A stretch of DNA of 64,000 bases. It comes from Malacoraja senta. Taxonomy: Eukaryota. The stretch covers positions 9,300,001 to 9,364,000 of the forward strand of contig CM075980.1 of the NCBI GenBank assembly GCA_038087875.1, written 5' to 3'. Numbering within the stretch: position 1 is the stretch's first letter; the number at the start of each line of letters is the position of its first letter. The translations under genes and the position numbers were made by a program. Of the stretch, positions 62,697 to 64,000 are shown one piece after another. Below the pieces are notes generated by a model that was not told the origin of the DNA, made no database searches, and was given only the letters and a program-made list of their open reading frames with translations.

Positions 62697-64000
62697 GTAA
62701 GTAAAATATTCACGTTTTGATACAACGAATCGTTGAACTTAGGTTTTGCTTTCCTTCATAAATCCTCGGTAGAAAGATCATATTAAACCTAAGTGGAACA
62801 CAACGGGTCAGCTAGCATCTCCGGTAGACGTATGGATGGGCAATATTTCGTGTCGGAACAAAGTCTCTTTGGGAGACTGTACCGAAAGGAAAATCGTCGT
62901 TCTATGTCCTCCAGAGATGCTGTCGGATCCGCTGTGCTGTGCTCAAGATGGCAACTTGTTTCTCCTACGTGAACTTGGTGTTTAAGATCCTTTATCTCCA
63001 TCCCTACAACACTCCGAGAAATCTGCGCTCACCTAACCGTGGCTTCTTGATCATCGTGGAATTTAACGCCTTCACATACTGACAGTTGTGCTTCAAAGTT
63101 GTTAAATTCTGGAATGATATCCTGAAGCTCTATTTTCCCCTTTCTTCCCCGATGTTCATGAATCCTGTTCCTTTAACAGAAATACAGATTTTCTCATTTG
63201 AAGTATCCTGAAATGGCGGGTTTCGTCCGAGACTGCTGCTATTGATCACTTTGCTTCAATATAAGCGTAATGCAAACGAAAATTGTTGCCGTTTCCTGAA
63301 GAAATGTTCGGGAAATTATGAGATTTTATTAGTTTTCGGTATATTGTGGATACGGAGAATACCAACTCTGACAGTGGGCCAAATAGAATCATTGGAAGCA
63401 TCCAAATGGAAGTTAATAAACATTTGGCAAGGGATGTTGGTGAATTAAATGGGATATTTTTAAAATTGCAAATACCCATTAGGGCAAATTGCGCGAAGTT
63501 GATTTCTGATCGTTTTAATGATACCATGAGGGTGAAGTGGCGTTTCGACAGGTTTACATGGGCTCCCGACAACAGCGCTAAAACTAATTGTCAAGGAAAA
63601 GGTAAAAAAACTAATATTTAAACGCTTCGCACGGCACCATTTCAATTCCCTTTACGCGAAAGTGTGGAGGATTGTTGCAAGTCTGATTCAGCTCCGAAAT
63701 TAGAAACAAGAGCAGAACCGTATTCGGGTTCATTTCTCCTTCAGCTCACCATTGCCACCTTAGCTGATCACATTTGTGTGGATATGCCGTCAGACTCTTT
63801 GTACCCACCTTGTAGAACCTGCAAGGGATTTTGATGCTGGTTCTCCGATTGTCATCGAGTGTATGATATAGCAGAAAACACAGACTGTTCATTATGCTGT
63901 TAAACATGATCCCTCTGATTGTTGATGTTATTTACGGGCAGGCAGTTGGTAGACCGACATGTTAAAAAGCTTAAAAGAGCGAGACATCATTTTGCCATTT

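Larger units (their letters stand above)
1..64000 (+). repeat. Head-to-tail tandem array of ~14-21 kb Ig light-chain cluster units (approx. unit 1 1-16880, unit 2 16881-34240, unit 3 34241-52683, unit 4 53017->64000)
   Basis: The same order of landmarks and near-identical ORFs recurs four times. VJ exons start at 10025, 26857, 48154 and 62349 (spacings 16832, 21297, 14195). Length differences are largely explained by visible unit-specific insertions and deletions. Confidence 0.97.

Noticed and set aside
1-64000. The whole array as an assembly artefact (duplicated haplotigs)
   Set aside because: Units differ by kb-scale private insertions and deletions and by different CDR3s, far beyond sequencing error. 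Local mosaic tracts still need read-level confirmation.

Overview
Eukaryotic DNA from a cartilaginous fish (probably a skate or ray; inferred from the Ig and repeat families). The window is a head-to-tail tandem array of a ~14-21 kb unit (about 3.8 copies; basic period ~16.8 kb). Each unit carries one immunoglobulin light-chain minicluster of the chondrichthyan lambda (type II/NS3-like) class: promoter, leader exon, a V already fused in frame to J with no intervening RSS, a ~2.4 kb intron and a C exon. Three clusters are complete and the fourth runs off the right edge before its C exon. All visible exons are open with canonical GT-AG splice sites. The rest of each unit is decayed CR1, Rex1/Babar, Penelope-like and tRNA-derived V-SINE sequence amplified with the cluster, plus four unit-specific younger insertions. 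Germline-joined lambda clusters are established biology. What deserves a second look: replacement-biased, tandem-dinucleotide divergence of the germline V/CDRs that resembles shark somatic hypermutation; mosaic ancestry of unit 4; promoter variants; a cryptic 23-RSS at the leader donor; and LINE insertions that deleted 0.5 and 2.4 kb of target DNA. All counts were made by eye from the sequence.
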